Origin: an uncultured bacterium
Lineage (GTDB): Bacteria; Caldisericota; Caldisericia; JAAYUI01
Assembly: GCA_965370295.1 (NCBI GenBank)
Contig: CBDUSO010000002.1
Location: 28,990 to 92,989, forward strand
DNA: 64,000 nt
Direction: 5' to 3'
This document shows, piece after piece, positions 53,556 to 63,084 of the stretch. The notes beneath the pieces were generated by a model that was not told the origin of the DNA, searched no databases, and was given only the letters and a program-made list of their open reading frames with translations. The number at the start of each line of letters is the position of its first letter. Position 1 is the stretch's first letter. The position numbers were made by a program, and so were the translations under genes.

Positions 53556-54770
53556 TCAATACCCCTGCCAAAGCGGTCCAAAGTCCTGCCTCTCAAATTT
53601 GTCAAACAAATCAAAGATGCTTCTGACGTATTCAAACCAGAGGGTTTCCATTTCTTCTTTTGTCATGTTGCCTGATTCGAGTTTTTCTTTTTCTTCTGCT
53701 GGAATTATCCACTCCGACCAGACCGTTGTTATGTTTCCTTCGTTCACAATTTCCGGGGCTTCGAGGTGCATGTCTTCGCTCCACCAATTTCTTTTGGTGA
53801 ATCGACCCTTTGCAGTTTCTATGGCATCTCTCAGGGGTTCAACATCAGACATTGCATTCTCAGGATTTTCATATTGAAATTTCCAGAGAAGCCCGTGGTG
53901 TCCATCACGGGTTATGTGTGAAACTGAAAACCAGGTGAGTTCTGATGGTCTTCCATTTTCAAGTGTCCAGATGGTTTGTTCTTCTGAAAGGGCAACTCCA
54001 GAAAATCCTGTGTCGTCTTTGGTTGTTGCACGGTTGTGGTTTGAGACAGAGGTTTCCAATTTGCAGACCATTGCAGAAAATGCTGACTTGGGAACCCCCG
54101 AACTGATTGAAAAAATATCAGGGTCGGAGAGAAGTGATCCTACTGTACCCTCATAAATTCCGAGTGCGGCATCAACCGTTCCATCTGTTGGAACTTCACG
54201 ACAGATAAATGTTGCACCATCATCACCCTGGACAATTCCCGCTCCAAAAACATAGGCATCCCGGTGAAAAACTCTTCCGGTTTTCAGTGTGAGAGCAGGG
54301 TCTTTTTTGAAAACTTCAAAATTATGACGGAGCATCCAGGTCATAAATTCATCAGGGTCTGATTTACTGAAAACCACCTCATGGTCTCTGACATAGTCAA
54401 AGATATTCATCGACCAAGTCGATTGGTTCATGAAATCTGTGTGATGCCATTTTCCAAAGTCAATCACAGACGACATCGATGTTGTGATGTTGTGACCCAT
54501 GCCAAACATCCATGCAATCTGCTCTTCTTCGGTGTGCTGAATGTATGTAGGAAGATTCCTGCTCTTTGCAGTGAGTTCGATGTTGTTGAAGATGAATGCC
54601 TTCATTTTTAATGTTCTGCTTGGAATATCCATTATGGACAGTGGCATTTTTGAGAGGGCAGTTTGCATTGGATTTGTGGGGTTTGGTTCACTGATTCTGC
54701 CTCCACCACATCCAACAACAAATATTCCAACAAGAGCCAGCACCAGAGCGGTTTTGATTATTTTCTCCAA
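53556..54770 (-). CDS. Hypothetical lipoprotein
   Basis: Lipobox VVGC after a hydrophobic core; overlaps the upstream lipoprotein stop. Confidence 0.7.
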   Translation of the reverse strand: MEKIIKTALVLALVGIFVVGCGGGRISEPNPTNPMQTALSKMPLSIMDIPSRTLKMKAFIFNNIELTAKSRNLPTYIQHTEEEQIAWMFGMGHNITTSMSSVIDFGKWHHTDFMNQSTWSMNIFDYVRDHEVVFSKSDPDEFMTWMLRHNFEVFKKDPALTLKTGRVFHRDAYVFGAGIVQGDDGATFICREVPTDGTVDAALGIYEGTVGSLLSDPDIFSISSGVPKSAFSAMVCKLETSVSNHNRATTKDDTGFSGVALSEEQTIWTLENGRPSELTWFSVSHITRDGHHGLLWKFQYENPENAMSDVEPLRDAIETAKGRFTKRNWWSEDMHLEAPEIVNEGNITTVWSEWIIPAEEKEKLESGNMTKEEMETLWFEYVRSIFDLFDKFERQDFGPLWQGY

Positions 54771-55828
54771 AACAATCCCCAGTCTCCTGTTTGATCCATA
54801 AACTTCAACATTTGCATCGAGAATAATCCATCCTCTTTTTTTCTATCTTTTATGTCGAAGTCAAGTATGACAACATTTTTTGCTTGTCTGATGATTGGTT
54901 TTCCAAAACTCATGTGGTTCATCCAAACTTGACCATCAACCATGCTTGGAAGTGCGAGGACAGCTTTTTGAATTGTGATTACATCTTCTCTGGCTATTGT
55001 TTCATTCTCATAGAGCAACACAATTGTTGAATGCTCGACTCCATTTTTCACGCTGGAGCCGATTGCTCCAAGCATATAGCCATCTGGTCTTCCCCAAATT
55101 TCAAATCTTGGTATCATCTCATATTGTTGATCTTGGTCATAAAAACCGAGTATTGTCCCTGCTTCTGCTTTTTCGCTGAATTTTTCAAAACTGAAAACCA
55201 GAGCTACCGCCTGATGTTCCGGCATGTATTGCAATATTTCTGGTATTTCAACAAAATCACCAACTCGTCCACCCTCTTCTATCAGCATCATTGCCAGTAC
55301 TTCTTTTTGGAGCTTTATTGTTGTTGTCGCCTGCACAATTGTGTTATTTATCTCACAACTTACGGGGGCAAGCTCTGCTGTGATGTTGTCTTCAAAATCC
55401 TTGGTCAAAAGATACCCGTCACCAATTATTTCTTCGATAAATCCAGCATTTGAAATGTTCTCTCGTAATCCTTCCGCTGGGGTAAACGCTTGAATATCCC
55501 AATATGGGCAGGATGCCAAGTAACTCATCGTGTCAGGGTTAATAAGCCCAAGTTCCTGATTTTTGCTATAATACCTGCTTGTAACAAGTCCCAGTTTATT
55601 GATTATTGCAGAGTGTGCTTCGGCATTATCATATGGAATATTTGCTCTGATTTTTTCCATATCAAAAGAAAACAGAGTAACATTATCTTTGGATTCACTC
55701 GATTTTCTCACCACAAAATCTGGAAGCATCGAGAACGAATCAATGTGCTTCTGATTCACTGCGGGTTCACCACATGAAACAAGCGACACGATAACAACAA
55801 GCAAGACTACTTTGAACCAATTTCTCAT
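54758..55828 (-). CDS. Hypothetical lipoprotein (start moved to MRNWFK)
   Basis: Lipobox LVSC; TTGACG-17-TAAAAA-7 nt-ATG. Confidence 0.7.
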   Translation of the reverse strand: MRNWFKVVLLVVIVSLVSCGEPAVNQKHIDSFSMLPDFVVRKSSESKDNVTLFSFDMEKIRANIPYDNAEAHSAIINKLGLVTSRYYSKNQELGLINPDTMSYLASCPYWDIQAFTPAEGLRENISNAGFIEEIIGDGYLLTKDFEDNITAELAPVSCEINNTIVQATTTIKLQKEVLAMMLIEEGGRVGDFVEIPEILQYMPEHQAVALVFSFEKFSEKAEAGTILGFYDQDQQYEMIPRFEIWGRPDGYMLGAIGSSVKNGVEHSTIVLLYENETIAREDVITIQKAVLALPSMVDGQVWMNHMSFGKPIIRQAKNVVILDFDIKDRKKEDGLFSMQMLKFMDQTGDWGLFWRK

Positions 55829-55933
55829 ACCCCTATTTTTATCAAAAGAGTAGCGAGTCGTCAAGCGTATTTTGTGTAGAATTTGGTTATGAACTCTCAC
55901 ACATACGAGAATTAACAGGTTGCCGGAAAGTTG

Positions 55934-58900
55934 TCATTCTTGGATTTCGTCTGAAAGTCGGTTGAATTCACACTCCAGGTCAGAGAGAATCTCTGAGATT
56001 TCTGATGTGTTTTTAGTTTTTATCAAACCGCCAAGTTTGATAATTTTTGAAAGAAGGGGTTCAAAATACGCCATTCCCTTGAGCCTGTGGCAGACATCTC
56101 CAGCTTTACCAAATTTGTCATCAACAACAAACTTCTTGATTTCTTCAATTCCCTCCAAACTCTTTATCACATACTCCGACAAAATATCTTTGAGCTTGGG
56201 GAGTGCAATCAGAAGTTGTTCGGATAATCTTTCCAGCATTGATGTTTTTCTTTTTCCGATTGCAGATTCCATCATCTTGATGAGTTCTGGGATTTTTATT
56301 GGTTTTGAAACGTATCCGTCCATTCCAGCTGTCAGGCATCTGTCCCTGTCTGTTACTGAAGCATACGCAGTCAGTGCAATAATTGGAAGTCTGTCTGTCC
56401 CAGTTTTATCCTCGTGATACCGAATTTGCATCGTGGCATCAAGTCCTGAAATATCCGGCATCTGGATGTCCATCAGACAGATACCAAAAGTATTCTCTGT
56501 TGCCAGCTTCACACCACGAACACCCGTTGAAGAAACCGTAACCTTGCAACCATATCCCTTCAAAATTTCTGAGATTAATTTGATGTTTAGGGAATTGTCT
56601 TCAACCACAAGAACCGACAATCCTTCCAGTGTATGATTTTCTTTGTCATCCGTTGCTGGTCGTTTTGAGACAAAATTAACGGCTTCAATCAACTCATCAT
56701 TTGTGAAATCATCCTCTATCCCGACCCAACCCTCACCTTCACCCTTTATTCCGATTGAAACAATTTTGAGCTTTGGGTTGATGGTCAGCAATCGCTCTAT
56801 CTCGCCCAATCCACTGTCTATGATTGTCAGATTTGCAGATTGCAAACCTCCACTTCTGACCGTGTAACCTTCATTTTCAAGTGGCTCCCTCACTTGATCA
56901 AAAATATTTTCACGGACAGCGATAACATCTTTCAGGGATGCTTTTTTTGATCTGTCCAGAATCAGATTTATTTCAAACCTTGTGCCGGGGGTTTCTTTGT
57001 TTGCAACCTTTATTTCACCATCCATGGAGTCTACAATTCCCTTGACGATGGACAACCCAAGCCCCGCCCCTGCATGTCTTTTTGTGGCAGAACTGTCAAT
57101 CTGGGTGAACACCGAAAAAACAGATTCTCGCATCTCGGAGGGAATTCCAATCCCAGTGTCATCCACAAAAATCGTTACATCATCAGCAAATTCATCCGTG
57201 TGTTTCAGTGAAAACCCAACAACAATGTGTCCGCTTTCAGTGAATTTCAAAGCGTTCCCCAGGAGGTTTATCAGCACCTGTTTCATTCTGGCATTGTCAA
57301 AAAGATGAAGCGATTTTGAATTATCCGGATAGCTGACAATCAACTCTATGTCGGTATCTTCAACACGGCTCTGCATCATCCTGACGGTCTGTTCAATTGT
57401 CTGTCTCAGGTTGTTTGGAGCGGGATACATTGAAAGCCGACCAGCCTCAATTCGGGTAATATCAAGGAGGTCTGAGGTGAGATATTCCAGAGATTCACCC
57501 GCAGATTGAATCGCAGACAGATATTCTCTGGCTTTTCCTGTCAATTTTTCAGCATCCAACAATTCGGAAAATCCAAGGAGAGCATTCAAAGGGGTTCTGA
57601 TTTCATGGGACATGTTTGCAAGAAATTCACTCTTTGACCGGTTTGCAATCTCTGCTCTTCGCATCTCCTCTACCAATAATCTGGAGGATTCTTCGGAGGT
57701 AGTGGTGTCTTCAATTATTAACAAAAATCTTTCAAATTTGCCCCCGTTCCAGATTGGTTTCAAGTGGAATCGGAAATATTTGATTTCCCCATCCTCGAGA
57801 GTGATGGTTTTGGAGCGGATGATTGTCCCAGATTCTTCAGTTATTTCACTCAAATATCTTTGAACAATCTCGAAGACCACCTCTGGTAATCTTGTAATCT
57901 TAGTTGAGTCTTCATCTTGAAAATCAATGAGCATATCGAATCCCTGCTGATTCAACTCATCGATTGAACCATCACGGTTGCAAAAAACTACTGCAAACGG
58001 TGAGGTTTCAATTATCAATCTATAGCTATCTTTTGGAGCATCTCTTTTGACATGGAGTGCTTTTGTTTCAAATTTGCTACTGCTCCGATTTCTGGCAACC
58101 GCTGAGCCAATATAGTTTGAAAAAACTTTTATCGGTAACAATTCACCATTATTCCAAACTCGTCGGCCCCGGGTTTGGAATAGGGCCACTAAACCATAGG
58201 GTTTATTGTTGGTGAAAACCGGCAGGATATATGCCTGCGAGTTTTTTATCCAGTTTTTTTCACCATCTTCAGGCTTTATTCCCTCCCGTTTGACCCCTTC
58301 GCCCTCAAGCAATTTCTCAAAGTGGTGTGAGTCAATTCCCAAATCAGAGGACTCAAATATTGGGTTGTTCAGTGGTTTCTTTATGTCACCACTTCCTGCA
58401 AATGATTTTATTCTGAATGCTCCAAACCCAGAAATTGATACCGATTCAAGAATCATCAGAGCATCGACATCGAGGCTCTCAAAAACAATCTCTGTGGCAA
58501 GTTTTATTGCTTGATTCAAGTTGTGTTCTTCAGTGAAAATCTTTTGTGTTTGATTGATTGCAGTCAGCAGAGAGGTGATTTTTATCTTGTCAGAAATATC
58601 ATGGACAAAACCTTGAGCTCCTGAAATTTTTCCGTTCCTGTCTCTGGTTGGGTTAATGTTCATATGGAAAAAACTTTCAACTCCCCATTTTGAGGTGTAG
58701 GTATGGGTTGCAAAAACTGGCTTGTCGGTTTCAATCGCTCTTTTGTATGTATCTGAAGCCCCGGAGTCAACCAGATTTGGGAACGTGAAAAGATTTATTT
58801 TTTTGGATTCTTCAGCAGAGGGTGAGCCAAGTATTGCAACAAGAGCAGGGTTTATGTAACGAATATTCCCTTTGGTATCATATGAGATAAAACCGCTCTT

Positions 58901-59401
58901 CAGCTGGTCCAAAAACTCTGTATCAAGACTTTCCACAAACTCATCTCGACGTTCTGTCATATGTAATCGATTCAAGATGAATCCATGGGAAAGCACATGG
59001 GAGAGCATCTTCAGATATTCAAAATCATCGTCTGAAATCGAGTGTTTTTTTGGTGAGAGAAGAGCGATGTATCCGATTCTTTTCCCGTCCTCCTTCAAAG
59101 GAAGCGTGATGAGGCTTCTGTAGTGGAATTTTGAAATATCTCCCCAGGGCGGGGGAAGGGTTTCATTGATGTGGGCAACACTTGAAGAAATTCCAGATCT
59201 GCCAATCAAACCAAGGATTCCCTCACTTTGGGTTTCTGACATGTTGAACGTTGAGATAACCTCAGCCGAATTACTAGTATCAACCATCATCCCAGAAGGA
59301 AATCCAAGTGTTTCACAGAGTTTTTCTATAAGTCCAAACCCATAAGCAGACCTTGAAGCATTTGTTTTTATTTCTGAAATGGCTGAGATTAATTGCTTCA
59401 T
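55934..59401 (-). CDS. Hybrid sensor histidine kinase (GAF-PAS-GAF-PAS-HisKA-HATPase-REC-Hpt), apparently cytoplasmic
   Basis: FLANMSHEIRTPLN, NLLGNALKFT, DTGIGI, GAGLGLSI, VVEDN..MDIQMP..SKP, CHRLKG; ATGA overlap with the upstream stop at 59398-59401. Confidence 0.93.
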   Translation of the reverse strand: MKQLISAISEIKTNASRSAYGFGLIEKLCETLGFPSGMMVDTSNSAEVISTFNMSETQSEGILGLIGRSGISSSVAHINETLPPPWGDISKFHYRSLITLPLKEDGKRIGYIALLSPKKHSISDDDFEYLKMLSHVLSHGFILNRLHMTERRDEFVESLDTEFLDQLKSGFISYDTKGNIRYINPALVAILGSPSAEESKKINLFTFPNLVDSGASDTYKRAIETDKPVFATHTYTSKWGVESFFHMNINPTRDRNGKISGAQGFVHDISDKIKITSLLTAINQTQKIFTEEHNLNQAIKLATEIVFESLDVDALMILESVSISGFGAFRIKSFAGSGDIKKPLNNPIFESSDLGIDSHHFEKLLEGEGVKREGIKPEDGEKNWIKNSQAYILPVFTNNKPYGLVALFQTRGRRVWNNGELLPIKVFSNYIGSAVARNRSSSKFETKALHVKRDAPKDSYRLIIETSPFAVVFCNRDGSIDELNQQGFDMLIDFQDEDSTKITRLPEVVFEIVQRYLSEITEESGTIIRSKTITLEDGEIKYFRFHLKPIWNGGKFERFLLIIEDTTTSEESSRLLVEEMRRAEIANRSKSEFLANMSHEIRTPLNALLGFSELLDAEKLTGKAREYLSAIQSAGESLEYLTSDLLDITRIEAGRLSMYPAPNNLRQTIEQTVRMMQSRVEDTDIELIVSYPDNSKSLHLFDNARMKQVLINLLGNALKFTESGHIVVGFSLKHTDEFADDVTIFVDDTGIGIPSEMRESVFSVFTQIDSSATKRHAGAGLGLSIVKGIVDSMDGEIKVANKETPGTRFEINLILDRSKKASLKDVIAVRENIFDQVREPLENEGYTVRSGGLQSANLTIIDSGLGEIERLLTINPKLKIVSIGIKGEGEGWVGIEDDFTNDELIEAVNFVSKRPATDDKENHTLEGLSVLVVEDNSLNIKLISEILKGYGCKVTVSSTGVRGVKLATENTFGICLMDIQMPDISGLDATMQIRYHEDKTGTDRLPIIALTAYASVTDRDRCLTAGMDGYVSKPIKIPELIKMMESAIGKRKTSMLERLSEQLLIALPKLKDILSEYVIKSLEGIEEIKKFVVDDKFGKAGDVCHRLKGMAYFEPLLSKIIKLGGLIKTKNTSEISEILSDLECEFNRLSDEIQE

Positions 59402-61992
59402 TTTTCCCCCAGAAGTGGTCTTGTCCCAAGATTGAATCCACATGTTGCTTCTCTGGTTTTCCCGTTCCAGGAAACATCAGCTCCGAGAAGGGTGCTTGCC
59501 GAGCGAAGCGGAATCAGAGTTCGACCGTTTATAATTGTCGGGGGCTTTGAGAGAGTGATGGTTTTTCCATCACTTGTTGCTATGACTTTATCGATTCCAA
59601 GCTCAACCCTGTGACCGAGTGCCTCAAGGATTACAGTTCTTGTTGAGCCTTCCCAGAGGGCAACTCCACCAAGCGGTTCAACCAAATATCTGGCTGGGAT
59701 AAATGTGGAGCCATCGATGATGATTGGTTCAACCGTCATCTCCATTTTTTCACCGTTTGCCACAAATTGCCTTGAGCCAATCGTGAAAATTACATCTCTG
59801 AAAATAGACTGGTGAACAACCTTTTTCCCACCATCACACCAGAGCAGATAATCAATCACTCGTTGCCTGATAAATTCAACATCCTCTGCATCATACGTGT
59901 TCACCACATATCTGTGAGATGCTGTTTTGATTATTCCATCTAAAAATTCCAGGGCAGATTTTGAAGATTCTTTGGATGGATTTTTTTTAATTTTGTCCAG
60001 CAATAAATCTATCAAAGCCCGGTCTACCAACCCCTCAAGGAAACATTCCCAGCGGAGTGTCGGATAAAGCTCATAACCCTCGCTTGGGTATGTCATCATC
60101 AAATCACCTGGTGTGTGTTGGTCAATCCCAACCTTGATGTCAAAGTCATTTTCCGGATTTCCGTATGGCTCGTTGTAAACACTTAGCCCTGTGACCGGGG
60201 AGCGAGTTCCGAGAGAATACAGACCCGTTAAAATTCTCATATCATGGTGATGACCCCAATGCGGGATCGGGGTATAAATCCAGTTGCCCGGAGAGAGACC
60301 AGATGTTTCTCGTGTCCAGTCAAGATTTTTGCTTTCAAAGAGTGGGAGGTCTATGTTCGAGATGAAACTCTCTGGTTCGTCTTGCAATGTAGAAATTAGA
60401 GGTTTTTCTTTCATCAATTCAATTGCTTTTTGCAAACGATCAAATTGCTCAGCGGTCATCCTTGTTTCATCAAAATATAAAACGGGAGTCAGATCAGTCC
60501 CCGTAACTGTGTTCATTATTTTGTCGAGTTCACCCGGAAATTCTTCAAGATAATATCTCCCTTCAACCTCTTCACATGCAAGCGACACGTCAACAATATC
60601 CAGGAAGAGTTTGTCCATTCTGTTGTCGCTGGCAATCTGTGCAATTTTTCCAAGCGTCTCTGTGTCTGTGAAATATTTTGGAGATTTGAGAGTGGGAGAT
60701 TTGAAAACAAAACCGTTGAAACCATGCGAGGAAATATCTTGAACATCCAGCTTCCATCTTCTCCAGGCTTCATCCTCTGTGATTATTTTGTTTCTGGCAA
60801 ACATGTGGTGTGGCTGGCTGTGAAAAATTATTCTGTCTGAAATATCGACAGTCCTGAGCTTTGAAACATTCAGAGATTTTGAGAATTTTTGGACATCCAC
60901 CTCGTATGGCAGAACCTCAACAGAGAGAGGCAACATGATGTCTTCAACCTCGTCTGTTTTTATTCTCAACCTGCATGTGTAAACTCCAGCTTTTACAGAA
61001 CTTGGAATATCCAAATCCAACCAGAAAAATTCCGTTCTCCCCTCCTTCACAATGGTTGAGTTTCCGGGAAGCAGATATTCAGCAGAGGTTACAGTATTCC
61101 TGATTTCACCATTTCTTTTGAAGCGTTTTCTCATGTAAGAAACTACGGAAATATCTATATCGCCGAGCTCTTCACCATCGGCATTTTTTAGAGGAAAATC
61201 ATTTATCAGTTCAACATTTCCAAGGTCTATCCCACCAAAAATCCCAACAACAACGGGATGTTTCACACCCTTTGGACAACGTGTGGAGATGGATTCTACA
61301 CGGTCTTCTGTGTTAAATCTGAGGTCATCAGAAAAATTGGTGGTGATTGTCGGGTTAAAAATCTGGAGTTTTTTGTCCGCCATCTGGTAGGGGTCAAGAG
61401 AAAGTGGTGGAGATTTTGAGTCAGGAGTGAATATACCATCACCCAAATAAATTGCATCAACACCAATATCAAATGGTTTGTCTGTTGAAATTTTCATGGT
61501 TAGTTCGTAAGAAGTTGGCTGGGCAAATTTCAAATTTTGTGGTACCTCAAACTCTATCCAGGTGAAGCGACCATACTCAACACCTTCACCTTTTTCTGTA
61601 CCGACATATGGATGTGGGTTGTTGAATCCCTCAAGATTTTCTGCAAATAATTGAATCTCTGGGAAATAGTCACCAAAGTTTGCAAGTGATACCCACATTT
61701 TTCTGAATGGGATTCCAATATTATCGCGGATAAACCACCTAAAAGTTACCCAACCATCACTTGTTTCCATTTCAGCATCAACACCAGCTGTCAGTCGAAG
61801 ATAGCTGTCATCACTTGCCAAAAAATCAAACTCGTTGGAGTTTGTGATGAATTGATTTTTGATTCCGATGAATGTTGCAGAATCACTCTCAAGCCAGACA
61901 CCATGAAGATAAGGATCCTCATACTCAGCATGGATAACACCCAAAGAAAACATGAGAATAATAACAACTACAACCACAATAATTTTTTTCAT
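59398..61992 (-). CDS. Secreted GH123/DUF4091-like protein with stalk domain
   Basis: Signal peptide; FWLDLDIP..AGVYT..VEVLPY; YPTLRWECFLEGLVD (DUF4091-like); STFIPARYLVE and GRTLIPLR. Confidence 0.7.
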   Translation of the reverse strand: MKKIIVVVVVIILMFSLGVIHAEYEDPYLHGVWLESDSATFIGIKNQFITNSNEFDFLASDDSYLRLTAGVDAEMETSDGWVTFRWFIRDNIGIPFRKMWVSLANFGDYFPEIQLFAENLEGFNNPHPYVGTEKGEGVEYGRFTWIEFEVPQNLKFAQPTSYELTMKISTDKPFDIGVDAIYLGDGIFTPDSKSPPLSLDPYQMADKKLQIFNPTITTNFSDDLRFNTEDRVESISTRCPKGVKHPVVVGIFGGIDLGNVELINDFPLKNADGEELGDIDISVVSYMRKRFKRNGEIRNTVTSAEYLLPGNSTIVKEGRTEFFWLDLDIPSSVKAGVYTCRLRIKTDEVEDIMLPLSVEVLPYEVDVQKFSKSLNVSKLRTVDISDRIIFHSQPHHMFARNKIITEDEAWRRWKLDVQDISSHGFNGFVFKSPTLKSPKYFTDTETLGKIAQIASDNRMDKLFLDIVDVSLACEEVEGRYYLEEFPGELDKIMNTVTGTDLTPVLYFDETRMTAEQFDRLQKAIELMKEKPLISTLQDEPESFISNIDLPLFESKNLDWTRETSGLSPGNWIYTPIPHWGHHHDMRILTGLYSLGTRSPVTGLSVYNEPYGNPENDFDIKVGIDQHTPGDLMMTYPSEGYELYPTLRWECFLEGLVDRALIDLLLDKIKKNPSKESSKSALEFLDGIIKTASHRYVVNTYDAEDVEFIRQRVIDYLLWCDGGKKVVHQSIFRDVIFTIGSRQFVANGEKMEMTVEPIIIDGSTFIPARYLVEPLGGVALWEGSTRTVILEALGHRVELGIDKVIATSDGKTITLSKPPTIINGRTLIPLRSASTLLGADVSWNGKTREATCGFNLGTRPLLGEK

Positions 61993-62004
61993 AAAATGTT
62001 ACTC

Positions 62005-62745
62005 CTATATTCCAACACGAGCAGTAAGGATGAGCCTGGGGCTTCTGATGCTGTACGGGGAACCATCCCAATCCCCCAGCAAATTGATGTTATAGAGGTC
62101 TTCCGAATGAGCCAGTGCCATGATTTCATGAGAGCTGTAGAGCCTTATCTCACGCTTTGTTGTTTTCTTTTCACCCCTCTTGAGAATGGTTCGTTTGCAG
62201 AGGTTCACAGAGCGATTGTGGTCAAATTTACTTCGTTCAAGAATCAGAGTATCACCCTTCATTTTCCAACTCTGTGGCTGGAAATGGCTGAGAATATAGT
62301 CTCGGTTTTCAATATCGATAAAGATATTTCCACCGGGTTTTATGCTTCTGACCATCCTGGAAAAAATATCAGCGTTTGTTTCATCGTCAAAGTAACCGAA
62401 CGATATCCAGACAGAAATTAGAGCATCAAACATCTCTTTCATATCAAATTCACGCATGTCTTTGTGAATGAAAAAGGTATTTTTGACTTCCTGCTCTGCT
62501 GCAATTTCGCTGGCTTTTTTGAGATACTCAGCATTTGAATCAAACCCCTGGACAACATAACCACGCCTGGCAAACTCGATTGTATGTCTTCCAAGACCGC
62601 AACCAATATCTGCAATCTGAATTGGTGGCTCAAATCCAAAGCACTTGATTATCATATCAACCTGGGCTCTTGTCCTCTTCTGGTCAACATCTTCGAGGGA
62701 AGCCTCAGCATAATAGGTGTCGAAATAGCTGTCTGTCCAGTCCAC
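62005..62745 (-). CDS. Class I SAM-dependent methyltransferase
   Basis: IADIGCGLGRH, DMREF, SFGYF, IKPGG; start moved to GTG 62745 (TTTACA-17-TATACT-7 nt). Confidence 0.9.
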   Translation of the reverse strand: MDWTDSYFDTYYAEASLEDVDQKRTRAQVDMIIKCFGFEPPIQIADIGCGLGRHTIEFARRGYVVQGFDSNAEYLKKASEIAAEQEVKNTFFIHKDMREFDMKEMFDALISVWISFGYFDDETNADIFSRMVRSIKPGGNIFIDIENRDYILSHFQPQSWKMKGDTLILERSKFDHNRSVNLCKRTILKRGEKKTTKREIRLYSSHEIMALAHSEDLYNINLLGDWDGSPYSIRSPRLILTARVGI

Positions 62746-62841
62746 GAACGCTAGTATAACACAAATATCAATATATGTAAAACGATTTGGAATCACACTT
62801 GTCATTCAGGAGTACCACCTCATCATTTGGGAACACCCCGC

Positions 62842-63008
62842 CGTCATTTAGGAACTTGACTTAAGAATCTCATCCCTTAAAACAACACAATTTTCACATC
62901 ATACAGATTCCAGAGATTCCGTGTCGTAGCACGGAATGACGATAGCTGTAACTAGAGAATATACGTTTCTACAAACACTGTAGAGGTGGGTTTGAAACCC
63001 ACCTCCGC
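62842..63008. repeat. Family A doublet with short spacer (62842-62941) plus a family B palindrome (62980-63008)
   Basis: CGTCATTTAGGAACTTGACTTAAGAATCT ... GATTCCGTGTCGTAGCACGGAATGACG; GTAGAGGTGGGTTTGAAACCCACCTCCGC. Confidence 0.8.
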
Positions 63009-63084
63009 CGATATTTGATAACCTTAATGAATCTAAACAACTTTCGTCTTGCCTGGCAATGACTTAGCAGTTATCATACCCAGC

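Noticed and set aside
4417-63008. Repeated palindromes as a CRISPR array or integron attC sites
   Set aside because: Copies are dispersed and not regularly spaced by unique spacers; no cas or integrase gene; the ends do not fit the attC RYYYAAC/GTTRRRY pattern
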